Positions 32,978-41,586 of a stretch of DNA of 64,000 nt are shown in pieces. Within the stretch, counting starts at the first letter, position 1. Each line of letters starts with the position of its first letter. The DNA is taken from positions 2,840 to 66,839 of the forward strand of contig JAQURM010000011.1 in the NCBI GenBank assembly GCA_028715605.1, in the 5' to 3' direction. This stretch comes from Desulfovibrionales bacterium (GTDB taxonomy: Bacteria > Desulfobacterota > QYQD01). The notes under the pieces are model-generated. The model did no database searches and was not told the origin of the DNA. It worked only from the letters and a program-made list of their open reading frames with translations. A program made the position numbers and the translations under genes.

Positions 32978-35900
32978 ATGAAGATACTTGGTGTCCGGTT
33001 CAAGAACCTGAACTCACTCACGGGCGAATGGCAGGTTGATTTCACCCACCCGGATTATTCGTCTAACGGCATATTCGCCATCACAGGCCCCACGGGATCA
33101 GGAAAGACGACCATCCTGGATGCCATCTGCCTCGGGCTTTACGGCCGGACGCCCCGCCTGGACAAGGTTACGAAAAGCAGCAACGAGATCATGTCGCGTC
33201 AGACAGGTGAATGTTTTTCCGAAGTTACATTTGAGACGCAGAAGGGCCGTTACCGTTGCCACTGGAGCCAGTATCGCGCCCGGAAAAGATCCGATGGTGC
33301 ATTACAACAGGCAAAACATGAAATAGCCGATGCCGATTCCGGGGCCGTCCTGGAATCAAAAATAAACCAGGTAGGTGAATTTATCGAGAAGGCCACGGGC
33401 ATGGACTTCGAGCGTTTCACCCGTTCGATGCTGCTGGCCCAGGGGGGATTCGCGGCCTTTCTCCAGGCCCCTCCCGACGAGCGGGCGCCCATCCTGGAGC
33501 AGATCACCGGGACCGAAATCTACAGTCAGGTATCCATGAAAGTTCATCAACGCCGCACGGAAGAACACAACAACCTTGAGATATTGCAGGCCGAGCTGAA
33601 AGGAATCCAGGTTTTAAACGAAGATGAAGAAAGGGGACTGCAATCCGTCCTGAAAGAAAAGCAAGGCCAGGAGACGGAACTTGCCGGAAAAGTGAGTGAA
33701 ATGCGCAAGGCCCTGACCTGGATCGAGGGGATGGTTGCCTTGGAGAAAGAGCTGGTAGAACTGGACAAGAAACAGCAGGATTTTGAGAAGCGCCGGCAGG
33801 AGTTTGATTCGGAATCAAAAAAGCTGGAAAAATCCCGCAAGGCCCTCGGTCTTGAAGGAGATTACAGAGGGGTTGCCGCTTTACGTGCGGAGCAGGACAA
33901 TGAGACAAAGGAGGTTAATGGCGCAATTGCGATTCTGCCTGAAAAGGATAAGGCCTGCGCAGCCGCGTTGACGGCAAAAAAAACCGCTGAGGCCCGGTTG
34001 GATGAGGCGCGAGCCAGGCAGACATCGGAAACTGAAGTCATCAAGAAGGTGAGGGAGATCGACGCCCGGCTGGGTGAACAGAAAAAGCAGCTCGCAGAGA
34101 AAAACAAGGCAATCGGAGAAATCGAAAAACAGGGGGAAGGCTACAGAAGCCTTGTCAAAAGCGGTGAACAGGAACTGAAAAAGGCTCATGCCGCCCTGAA
34201 AGCTATCCGTGAATACCAGGCAAAACACGCTGCCGATGCCGCGTTGATGACCAACCTCAGCGCCATCGAGAGGGGATTTGCGTCGTTTCGGAATGTTGAG
34301 ACAAAGCATGTGGAGGCATTGAAAGAACTTTCCGCTACGGCGGGGAAAAAGGAGTCCGCCCTTGCCGGTTGCCGCAAGATAGAAGCCGATCATGAAAAAT
34401 CCCGCCAGGAATTTGAGAAAGGACAAAGTGAACTTAAGCACCTGACTGATGAAATCACGGCCATCCTCAGGGGACGTGAAATCAGCCAGTGGCGCCATGA
34501 TATGGACGTCTTTAAAGACCGCGAGCGTCTTTTGATCCAGACAGGCGAGACCATTGCACGGATTGACAAGACATACACTGCGCTGGACAGCCTGAAATCG
34601 GGCATTGAAAAATTAAAAGCCGGTAATGTGAAACTCTTAGATGAGATAAAATCAAGCGCCGATAAAAAAGCGCTTCTGGAAAAAACTATTGTAACCCTGG
34701 AAACGCAGGTATCGCTTCTCAGCCGTATCCGTGACCTTGAGGAAGAAAGGAAACAACTTGAAGACGGCAAACCATGCCCGCTGTGCGGCGCTACCGATCA
34801 TCCTTATGCGAAGGGGAATGTCCCGGTCTTGAACGAGGCGGAGGCGGAGCTTCAAAAAACGAAGGATGAATGCAAAAAGGCGTCTCGTCATCTGAACAAG
34901 CTGGAAGCCGACCGGGTTCGGACCGCAACTGAAATCCAGCATACTGAAAAAGAGATGACGGAGAAGAATGCGACGCTGGACGCCGACGAAAAACAGTGCG
35001 CTGACGCCCTGTTGAGACTGAATATCAAGGCCGCGCCGGAAGAACGCGCCAGTAAGGTGCACGAAGAGATTGCAGGCGGTCAGGCGAAAATTGCTGAAAC
35101 ATCCGGCATTATCGCCATCGCCGAAGAGAATGGCAAAAAGGAGAAGTCAGCGCAAACTGCCCTGGAAAAAATAAGGGAGAAGTTTGACAACTCAGACAAG
35201 GCCTTACAGGAGGCCAGACACAACCTGGAGACGGCCGATCGTGATCATGAACGGCTGACCAAAGATTGCGCCTCCCTGGCGGAAGAGACTCAAAAGGCCC
35301 GTAACGATACCCTTAAGGATGTTGAACCCTTTGGAGTCAGTCAGATTCCGTTAGACAGCCTTGACACTATACTGAAAAACCTGAGAACGCGCAAAGAAGG
35401 ATGGCAGGCGAAGGAGGCTGAAAAAACCACGCTGGAGAAACAGATCCATGAACTGAAAGCGGAGATTGAGAAATATAATGCCCTCCTGGGCAGCCTGGAA
35501 GAAGACTTGGCGGCAAGGCGCAAAGATCGTGACGATCTAAAGATGGAGTATGAATCATTGTGTGCTTCACGCCGGGAACTCTTCAGAGAGAAGAACGCTG
35601 ACCAGGAGGAAAAGCGCCTGGGAGATGCCGTGGATAACGCGGGTAAAGCCCTTGAAAAAGCACTCGAAGAATATGGGCAAATTGGAAAAGAGATCAGCGC
35701 CCTGAAAGAGAAGATAAATTTATTGAAAGTAAAAATAGGAAATCGGGCCAAGGAACTGGCGCAGGCCGGGCCGAAACTGATGGAGCGGATCAAAACGGCA
35801 GGATTTGAAGACGAGGCAGACTACCTTTCATCACGCCTGAGTGAAGAAGAGCGGGACATCCTCGCTGACAAAGAGAAACGCCTGATCAAGGAAAAAACGG

Positions 35901-36649
35901 AACTTGACGCCCGCCGGAAGGACAAGTCGGAGGCGCTTGCCTCCGAGCGTGAAAAAAACCTGACAGATCAATCCATGGAGGCGCTTAAAGAAAATATAAG
36001 CGCCTGTGATTCGGAACTGAAACAGATAAGACTTGATATTGGCGGAATCATAAAGAGTCTAAGTGAAAACGAGAAACTAAGGGAAAAGCAGCAGGAACGC
36101 ATAAAGAGCATTGAAACCCGGAAAAAGGAATGCGCACGCTGGGATGACCTGCATCAACTCATCGGCTCCGCCGACGGAAAGAAATTCCGTAACTTTGCAC
36201 AGGGGCTGACGTTCGAGATGATGACGGCGCATGCCAACCGCCGGCTCAGGAAGATGACGGATCGCTATCTGCTCATACGCAACTCATCACAACCGCTGGA
36301 GTTGAATGTTATCGACAATTACCAGGCGGGTGAGATACGTTCTACGAAGAATCTCTCCGGCGGCGAAAGCTTTATTGTGAGCCTTGCCCTGGCGCTCGGC
36401 CTTTCTCATATGGCAAGCAGAAATGTGCGGGTTGACTCACTCTTCCTTGATGAAGGGTTTGGGACCCTCGATGAAGATGCACTTGAAACAGCCCTGGAGA
36501 CTCTTGCGGGATTGCAGCAGGGCGGCAAGTTAATCGGCGTGATATCGCATGTCACGGCGCTTAAGGAGCGCATCAACACACAGATACAAGTAATCCCCGA
36601 GACAGGCGGTCGCAGCAACCTGAGCGGCCCCGGTTGCCGGAGAATTTGA
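32978..36649 (+). CDS. sbcC: Exonuclease SbcCD, ATPase subunit SbcC (Rad50-type SMC-like)
   Basis: Walker A is ITGPTGSGKTTILDAI. A long coiled coil carries the zinc hook CPLCG. The signature motif is LSGGESFIVSLALAL and Walker B is LFLDEGFGTLD. Confidence 0.93.
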   Translation: MKILGVRFKNLNSLTGEWQVDFTHPDYSSNGIFAITGPTGSGKTTILDAICLGLYGRTPRLDKVTKSSNEIMSRQTGECFSEVTFETQKGRYRCHWSQYRARKRSDGALQQAKHEIADADSGAVLESKINQVGEFIEKATGMDFERFTRSMLLAQGGFAAFLQAPPDERAPILEQITGTEIYSQVSMKVHQRRTEEHNNLEILQAELKGIQVLNEDEERGLQSVLKEKQGQETELAGKVSEMRKALTWIEGMVALEKELVELDKKQQDFEKRRQEFDSESKKLEKSRKALGLEGDYRGVAALRAEQDNETKEVNGAIAILPEKDKACAAALTAKKTAEARLDEARARQTSETEVIKKVREIDARLGEQKKQLAEKNKAIGEIEKQGEGYRSLVKSGEQELKKAHAALKAIREYQAKHAADAALMTNLSAIERGFASFRNVETKHVEALKELSATAGKKESALAGCRKIEADHEKSRQEFEKGQSELKHLTDEITAILRGREISQWRHDMDVFKDRERLLIQTGETIARIDKTYTALDSLKSGIEKLKAGNVKLLDEIKSSADKKALLEKTIVTLETQVSLLSRIRDLEEERKQLEDGKPCPLCGATDHPYAKGNVPVLNEAEAELQKTKDECKKASRHLNKLEADRVRTATEIQHTEKEMTEKNATLDADEKQCADALLRLNIKAAPEERASKVHEEIAGGQAKIAETSGIIAIAEENGKKEKSAQTALEKIREKFDNSDKALQEARHNLETADRDHERLTKDCASLAEETQKARNDTLKDVEPFGVSQIPLDSLDTILKNLRTRKEGWQAKEAEKTTLEKQIHELKAEIEKYNALLGSLEEDLAARRKDRDDLKMEYESLCASRRELFREKNADQEEKRLGDAVDNAGKALEKALEEYGQIGKEISALKEKINLLKVKIGNRAKELAQAGPKLMERIKTAGFEDEADYLSSRLSEEERDILADKEKRLIKEKTELDARRKDKSEALASEREKNLTDQSMEALKENISACDSELKQIRLDIGGIIKSLSENEKLREKQQERIKSIETRKKECARWDDLHQLIGSADGKKFRNFAQGLTFEMMTAHANRRLRKMTDRYLLIRNSSQPLELNVIDNYQAGEIRSTKNLSGGESFIVSLALALGLSHMASRNVRVDSLFLDEGFGTLDEDALETALETLAGLQQGGKLIGVISHVTALKERINTQIQVIPETGGRSNLSGPGCRRI

Positions 36650-36762
36650 GCGGACTCTCGCGGGCCTTTTACTTTGACTTGCCTCGATCGTTTTGTTACA
36701 ATTTAGCGGATAGAGGAGCTTGCTCGTACCAAATACTAAGTTGTAATCAAAAATATACCCAT

Positions 36763-36841
36763 AAAATCTCCCCTCACCCCTCTTTTCCAAAGAGGGGGAT
36801 ATAATCTCCCCCTTTGAAAAAGGGGGATCAAGGGGGATTTG
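36763..36841. repeat. Two adjacent REP-like family-A hairpins
   Basis: The sequence is aaaatctcccctcacccctcttttccaaagagggggatataatctccccctttgaaaaagggggatcaagggggatttg. Confidence 0.8.
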
Positions 36842-36901
36842 AATGGAACTTGATATAAGGGACCTACGCTAAATAATAACAAAGGCAAGGCGGGAAAATA
36901 A

Positions 36902-37915
36902 TTGCCAGAGCTAAGACAAAATCCAGCCACACGCTTCTGGGTAGTTATAGCCAAGGAACGTTCAAGGCGTCCGCATAACTTCATCCAGGTCAAGCCCGCC
37001 ATGTCCACAGAACCCTATCTGACAGAATGCCCTTTCTGTGAGGGCAACGAACACCTTACCCCGCCGGAGACCCTGGCTTATCGAAGCGGAGGCCAGTCCA
37101 ACGGCCCGGGGTGGTGGGTACGGGCGGTTCCCAATAAATTTGCCGCCTTTGTCTCTGAAGGAGATTTAGAGCGGCAGCATGACGGGGCCAACTTCTTTCA
37201 TCGTATGGATGCCGTAGGCCACCATGAGGTCATTATCGAATCCAATAAACATAACGAGCACCTATTCCTGATGGATGATTGGCATGTGCAAGAGGTTGTT
37301 CTGGCCTACCTGGAACGCTACCAGATGCTGCACATCGACCCCCGCTGCAAATTTATCATTATCTTTAAAAATCATGGCCTTTCCGCCGGGACCTCCCTTG
37401 AACATCCACATTCCCAGTTAGTGGCCACACCCATTGTACCGACAGATATCCGCATCCGGTTTGACCGCGCCGCATATTATTACGACGACACCGGCAAGTG
37501 TGTCTATTGTGATATAATCCGGGAAGAAAAGCAGGGCGGCGAACGGGTCATATTGGAGACCGATAAATTTATCGCTGTCCACCCTTTCGCCTCCCAGGTG
37601 CCCTTCGAGACCTGGATTATGCCCAAGGAACACAGCGCCTCGTTTGGCCTTATCACTATGGAGGATGCCAAGGCCTTTGCCGTTATACTGAAGACAGTTC
37701 TTAAAAAACAATACATCGGCCTGCATGACCCGGATTTTAATTACATAATACATACCGCACCGGTAAAGGATGAGCACGAGGATTACTTCCACTGGCACCT
37801 GCAGATCCGGCCCCGCCTGACCACCGCAGCCGGTTTTGAGATGGGAACCGGCATATACATTAATACCGCCATACCGGAAGAAACCGCTCAATTCATGCGC
37901 AGTGTACAGGTCTGA
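36902..37915 (+). CDS. GalT-like HIT-superfamily nucleotidyltransferase (galactose-1-phosphate uridylyltransferase / ADP-glucose phosphorylase family)
   Basis: It has the N-terminal zinc motif CPFCEGNE and the active site LEHPHSQL (HxHxQ). The duplicated half-barrel layout is present. The start is TTG. Confidence 0.85.
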   Translation: MPELRQNPATRFWVVIAKERSRRPHNFIQVKPAMSTEPYLTECPFCEGNEHLTPPETLAYRSGGQSNGPGWWVRAVPNKFAAFVSEGDLERQHDGANFFHRMDAVGHHEVIIESNKHNEHLFLMDDWHVQEVVLAYLERYQMLHIDPRCKFIIIFKNHGLSAGTSLEHPHSQLVATPIVPTDIRIRFDRAAYYYDDTGKCVYCDIIREEKQGGERVILETDKFIAVHPFASQVPFETWIMPKEHSASFGLITMEDAKAFAVILKTVLKKQYIGLHDPDFNYIIHTAPVKDEHEDYFHWHLQIRPRLTTAAGFEMGTGIYINTAIPEETAQFMRSVQV

Positions 37916-37919
37916 CGAT

Positions 37920-38933
37920 ATGCCATTAACAAAAACTAACGTCACACGCTCAAAAAACAAAAATCCTTCAGTAGAACGGCTGCAAAATCTCGTGAAAATT
38001 TTCGACAAGACTGATCGCGTACTCATCGTCATTAGCGCCGATCCGGACTCCATAGCCAGCGCCCTGGCTATGAAAAGGCTTCTGTGGAGACGCGTACAGG
38101 GTGTGACTATAGCCCATAACAACGAAATCAAACGGCTCGACAACCTGGCTATGATAAAACTCCTTAATGTCCCTCTGCAACGCCTGCAGACGCTGGCGCC
38201 CGAGACCTTTACCCGCAAAGTAATGCTTGATTCACAGCCTTACCACAATCCGGACTTTGCCCACATTGACTACGATGCGGTGATCGACCACCACCCTGCC
38301 GTTGAACCGGTCAAGGCCTCCTGGGTTGATATAAGGCCGGAATATGGGGCCACGGCCTCCGTCATGTTTGAATATCTGCGCGCCGCACGCATAAAGCCCT
38401 CGGTACGGATAGCTACAGCCCTTTTCCATGCTATAAAGGTGGATACGGAAAACTTTACCAAACGGGCTACGAGTCAGGACATCGCGGCATTTACCCGTCT
38501 CTTTGACCAGGTAAACCAGGCGCTTATCCGAAAGATCGAATCGTCCGATATTAGACTAAGCGACCTGGCATATTTCAGGCTGGCTTTGGATAAAATGCGT
38601 TATTCCCGAAAACGTATTTACTGCCATGTAGGAAAAGTGGAGCACCCGGATATCCTGGTGCTTCTGGCCGATTATTTTATGCGTGTGTATGAGATTGGCT
38701 GGAGCATTGTTTCGGGTTTCTGCGGAGAAAAGTTCATAGTAATTTTTCGCTCTGACGGATACCGGAAAAATGCGGGTAACTTGGCCATGCAGGTCTTTGG
38801 CGCCATGGGCTCGGCCGGCGGACATCGCCAGAGCGCCCGCGCCGAAATCCCGAAAACTAATATGCCGCCCTCCGGCCGGGAATTTTCCTCCCGGAGTTTA
38901 GAGAGATTAATCGTCCGACACTTAAAGACCTGA
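37920..38933 (+). CDS. DHH-family phosphoesterase (NrnA-like)
   Basis: I chose the ATG at 37920 (MPLTKTN..), directly after the GalT-like stop. The listed ORF start at 37836 lies inside the upstream gene. Motifs are VISADPDSIASALA, DHHP and GGGH-like SAGGHRQSA. Confidence 0.8.
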   Translation: MPLTKTNVTRSKNKNPSVERLQNLVKIFDKTDRVLIVISADPDSIASALAMKRLLWRRVQGVTIAHNNEIKRLDNLAMIKLLNVPLQRLQTLAPETFTRKVMLDSQPYHNPDFAHIDYDAVIDHHPAVEPVKASWVDIRPEYGATASVMFEYLRAARIKPSVRIATALFHAIKVDTENFTKRATSQDIAAFTRLFDQVNQALIRKIESSDIRLSDLAYFRLALDKMRYSRKRIYCHVGKVEHPDILVLLADYFMRVYEIGWSIVSGFCGEKFIVIFRSDGYRKNAGNLAMQVFGAMGSAGGHRQSARAEIPKTNMPPSGREFSSRSLERLIVRHLKT

Positions 38934-38942
38934 AAGGGGTTT

Positions 38943-40166
38943 ATGCCGATTAAAGTATTAGGCATCATACTGGCGGGGGGCTTAGGCAGGAGACTTTCCC
39001 CTCTCACCCGGCAACGCGCCAAGCCCAGCGTTCCTTTTGGTGGAAAATATAGAATTATTGACTTTGTGCTCAGCAATTTCATTAATTCCGGAATCTACTC
39101 CATCTATGTGCTGATGCAATTTAAGTGTCAGTCGCTCATGGAGCACTTACGAAACGGATGGACGATAGGGAGCGCTGTCAGTGACTTTTTCATTATGCCG
39201 GCGCCGGCCCAGATGCGCACCGATGAAGACTGGTACCGGGGGACAGCGGATGCGGTATATCAGAACCTGCACCTCATCGAGAAATTTTATCCTGAAGTGG
39301 TGGCCATATTCAACGCCGACCATATCTACCGTATGGATATCAGGCAAATGCTGCAATACCACCGGGAAAAAGAAGCAGAGGTGACGGTTGCCGCCATACC
39401 CTTGCCTATAGAGAAAAGTCACCCTTTCGGAGTCATACAGGTTGACGATAACTGGCGGATCATCGGTTACGAGGAAAAACCGGAAAACCCGCATCCCATT
39501 CCCGGAAGGCCGGATACGGCCCTGGTTTCCATGGGTAATTACCTGTTTAATACTACAGTGCTTTGTGAAACATTGAAAAAGGACGTTGAATCAAGCGGCA
39601 AATATGATTTGGCGGGTGAGATTATCCCTATTTTATTCCAGAAAAGGCGGGTTTTTGCCTATGATTTTCGAATAAACAGAATCCCCGGGGCCCTTAATAA
39701 TGGAGAAAATATTTATTGGCGGGATATAGGAACCATTAAGGCCTACTACGAGGCCAACATGGACCTTACAACCCCCGTGCCGTCTTTTAATCTTTATAAC
39801 CGGCGCTGGCCGCTTAGAACCGCCAGCTACGCCACGCCACCGGTAAAGCTTATCTACGACCAGTATGGCCGGGAAGCCATGGTCAGAGATTCCCTGATCG
39901 CCGGCGGAACGATTATAAGCGGCGGCGAGATAAGAAATTCTATTGTGGGAAGACACGTCTTTGTGGGCAGCCGGTGTGTAATCGAAGACTCCATTATATT
40001 CGATCACGTTACCCTGATGGAAGACGTAATGATAAAAAAGACGATCGTCGATAAGAATGTTACTCTGCCTCCGGGCACGCGCATAGGTTATGATATGGAA
40101 CAGGATCGCCGGCGTTATTTTGTCGATCCCTCCGGCATTGTGGTGGTGCCGAAAGCTGAGATATAA
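38943..40166 (+). CDS. glgC: Glucose-1-phosphate adenylyltransferase (ADP-glucose pyrophosphorylase), paralogue 1
   Basis: ILAGGLGRRLSPLTRQRAKPSVPFGGKYRIIDFVLSNFINSGI and WYRGTADAV are present, followed by a C-terminal left-handed beta-helix. Confidence 0.9.
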   Translation: MPIKVLGIILAGGLGRRLSPLTRQRAKPSVPFGGKYRIIDFVLSNFINSGIYSIYVLMQFKCQSLMEHLRNGWTIGSAVSDFFIMPAPAQMRTDEDWYRGTADAVYQNLHLIEKFYPEVVAIFNADHIYRMDIRQMLQYHREKEAEVTVAAIPLPIEKSHPFGVIQVDDNWRIIGYEEKPENPHPIPGRPDTALVSMGNYLFNTTVLCETLKKDVESSGKYDLAGEIIPILFQKRRVFAYDFRINRIPGALNNGENIYWRDIGTIKAYYEANMDLTTPVPSFNLYNRRWPLRTASYATPPVKLIYDQYGREAMVRDSLIAGGTIISGGEIRNSIVGRHVFVGSRCVIEDSIIFDHVTLMEDVMIKKTIVDKNVTLPPGTRIGYDMEQDRRRYFVDPSGIVVVPKAEI

Positions 40167-40176
40167 AGCGGTCAGC

Positions 40177-40313
40177 ATGAAGCCGGTTTACCGTTCACTG
40201 TTGACCGTTTACCGAAAGAAAAAGTCGGACAACGGTTAACGGATAACGGATAACAAACATGCTGATAGCTGACTGCTGACCGCTCCATTCGAAACTCCAG
40301 GAGTTTCGAATGG
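40177..40313. repeat. ~105-bp intergenic element (family E) followed by a 14-bp-stem palindrome
   Basis: atgaagccggtttaccgttcactgttgaccgtttaccgaaagaaaaagtcggacaacgg..gataacaaacatgctgatagctga.. is repeated at 50356-50462 with few differences. A partial tail occurs at 17183-17219. The hairpin is ccattcgaaactcc-a-ggagtttcgaatgg (40285-40313). Confidence 0.85.
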
Positions 40314-40332
40314 AAACTAGTCAAGGAGCATT

Positions 40333-41586
40333 TTGATGCAAAAGATTCTGGCTATGATTTTGGCCGGGGGCCGCGTGGACGAGCTGAATGTATTAACCTT
40401 CTACCGGCCTAAATCCGCTGTCCCCTTTGGCGGGATCTATCGCGTCATCGACTGCCCCTTGAGCAATCTTCGGTATTCAAACATCGAAAACGTGGGCATC
40501 CTTTCCCAGTATCGATCTTACTCCCTGATAAACCACATCGGCCAGGGAGGCTCCTGGGATATGGTGGGCAGGCATCGCGGGGTCACCATGCTCCCCCCCT
40601 TTCAAGGACATAAGGCCTCTGACTGGTACAAGGGAACGGCGGACGCCGTATTCCAGAATCTGGATTTTATCGACTACCATAAGCCGGACATGGTTATGGT
40701 CCTGTCCGGCGACCATATTTACAGGATGAGCTACCAGCCTATGATTGCCTATCACCTTAAAAAAAAGGCCGATCTTACGGCAGCCTTCGTAGCGGTAGAA
40801 ACCAGAGAGGCCCCGCGTTTCGGCCTGGCGCAGATAGCAGATGAGGATAGGGCGGGCGGGAGAATTTTATTATACCAGGAAAAACCGGCCGAACCGGCCT
40901 CAACGTGGGCCTCCATGACCATTTATTTATTCCGGCCCGAGGCCCTGAGAGAAGCGCTGCAGGAAAACGTTAAAAGTGATTCCCATGAGTTTGGCCGGGA
41001 TATCATACCCGCTATGCTGGGGCGCTATAAGGTATACGGGTACAAACATACGGGATACTGGGGCTATAGCCGTAAGATCGAGGAATACTGGCAGGCTAAT
41101 ATGGATACACTGGGCCGAAGGCCGAAGATCGTCCTCAGGGAATGGATGCTCAGGACCAATCTGGAGCATCAGGCTATTTGCGACCGTCAACCCGCCGTCA
41201 TCGGGAAAACGGCGCGCATTAACAATTCCAGTTTTTACCACGGCTGCCGCATCGAAGGGCAGGTGGAAAATAGCGTGCTTTTCCCCGGCGTCAGGATAGC
41301 AAAAGGGGCCATCGTAAAAGACTCTGTATTGTTTTTTGATGCCACCGTGGAAGAAGGGGCCTTCATGGAAAAGGTCATATCCGATGTTGATGTCGTGATC
41401 GGCGCGCATACGGTCATCGGCAAAAAAAATGGGGCGGACGCGCCTCAGGGCGGGATCACGGTCATCGGCCGCTCTACCCGGATACCGGCCGGTATGGCCA
41501 TCGGACCAGGGTGCACTATCTATCCGGACCTCGGGTCTAAGCAGTTCACAAAGAAAGAAATCCCATCCGGTGAGGCCGTACAATGA
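40333..41586 (+). CDS. GlgC-family paralogue 2, GlgD-like (degenerate N-terminal nucleotide-binding loop)
   Basis: ILAGGRVDELNVLTFYRPKSAVPFGG stands in place of the GGxGxRL..RAKPAV motif. The rest is collinear with GlgC (WYKGTADAV, beta-helix). Confidence 0.8.
   Translation: MMQKILAMILAGGRVDELNVLTFYRPKSAVPFGGIYRVIDCPLSNLRYSNIENVGILSQYRSYSLINHIGQGGSWDMVGRHRGVTMLPPFQGHKASDWYKGTADAVFQNLDFIDYHKPDMVMVLSGDHIYRMSYQPMIAYHLKKKADLTAAFVAVETREAPRFGLAQIADEDRAGGRILLYQEKPAEPASTWASMTIYLFRPEALREALQENVKSDSHEFGRDIIPAMLGRYKVYGYKHTGYWGYSRKIEEYWQANMDTLGRRPKIVLREWMLRTNLEHQAICDRQPAVIGKTARINNSSFYHGCRIEGQVENSVLFPGVRIAKGAIVKDSVLFFDATVEEGAFMEKVISDVDVVIGAHTVIGKKNGADAPQGGITVIGRSTRIPAGMAIGPGCTIYPDLGSKQFTKKEIPSGEAVQ

Noticed and set aside
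31737-36649. SbcD/SbcC as a Lamassu/Wadjet/Rad50-like defence module, because they sit next to the defence island and near the window centre
   Set aside because: Both proteins are collinear with canonical E. coli SbcD/SbcC from end to end (all nuclease motifs, Walker A/B, signature motif, CxxC zinc hook). There is no extra effector domain or accessory gene. I treat them as housekeeping genes that form the island's flank.
37836-37919. The listed start of the DHH phosphoesterase ORF at 37836
   Set aside because: The first 28 codons overlap the 3' end of the GalT-like gene in another frame. The ATG at 37920 directly follows that gene's stop and begins the recognisable protein.
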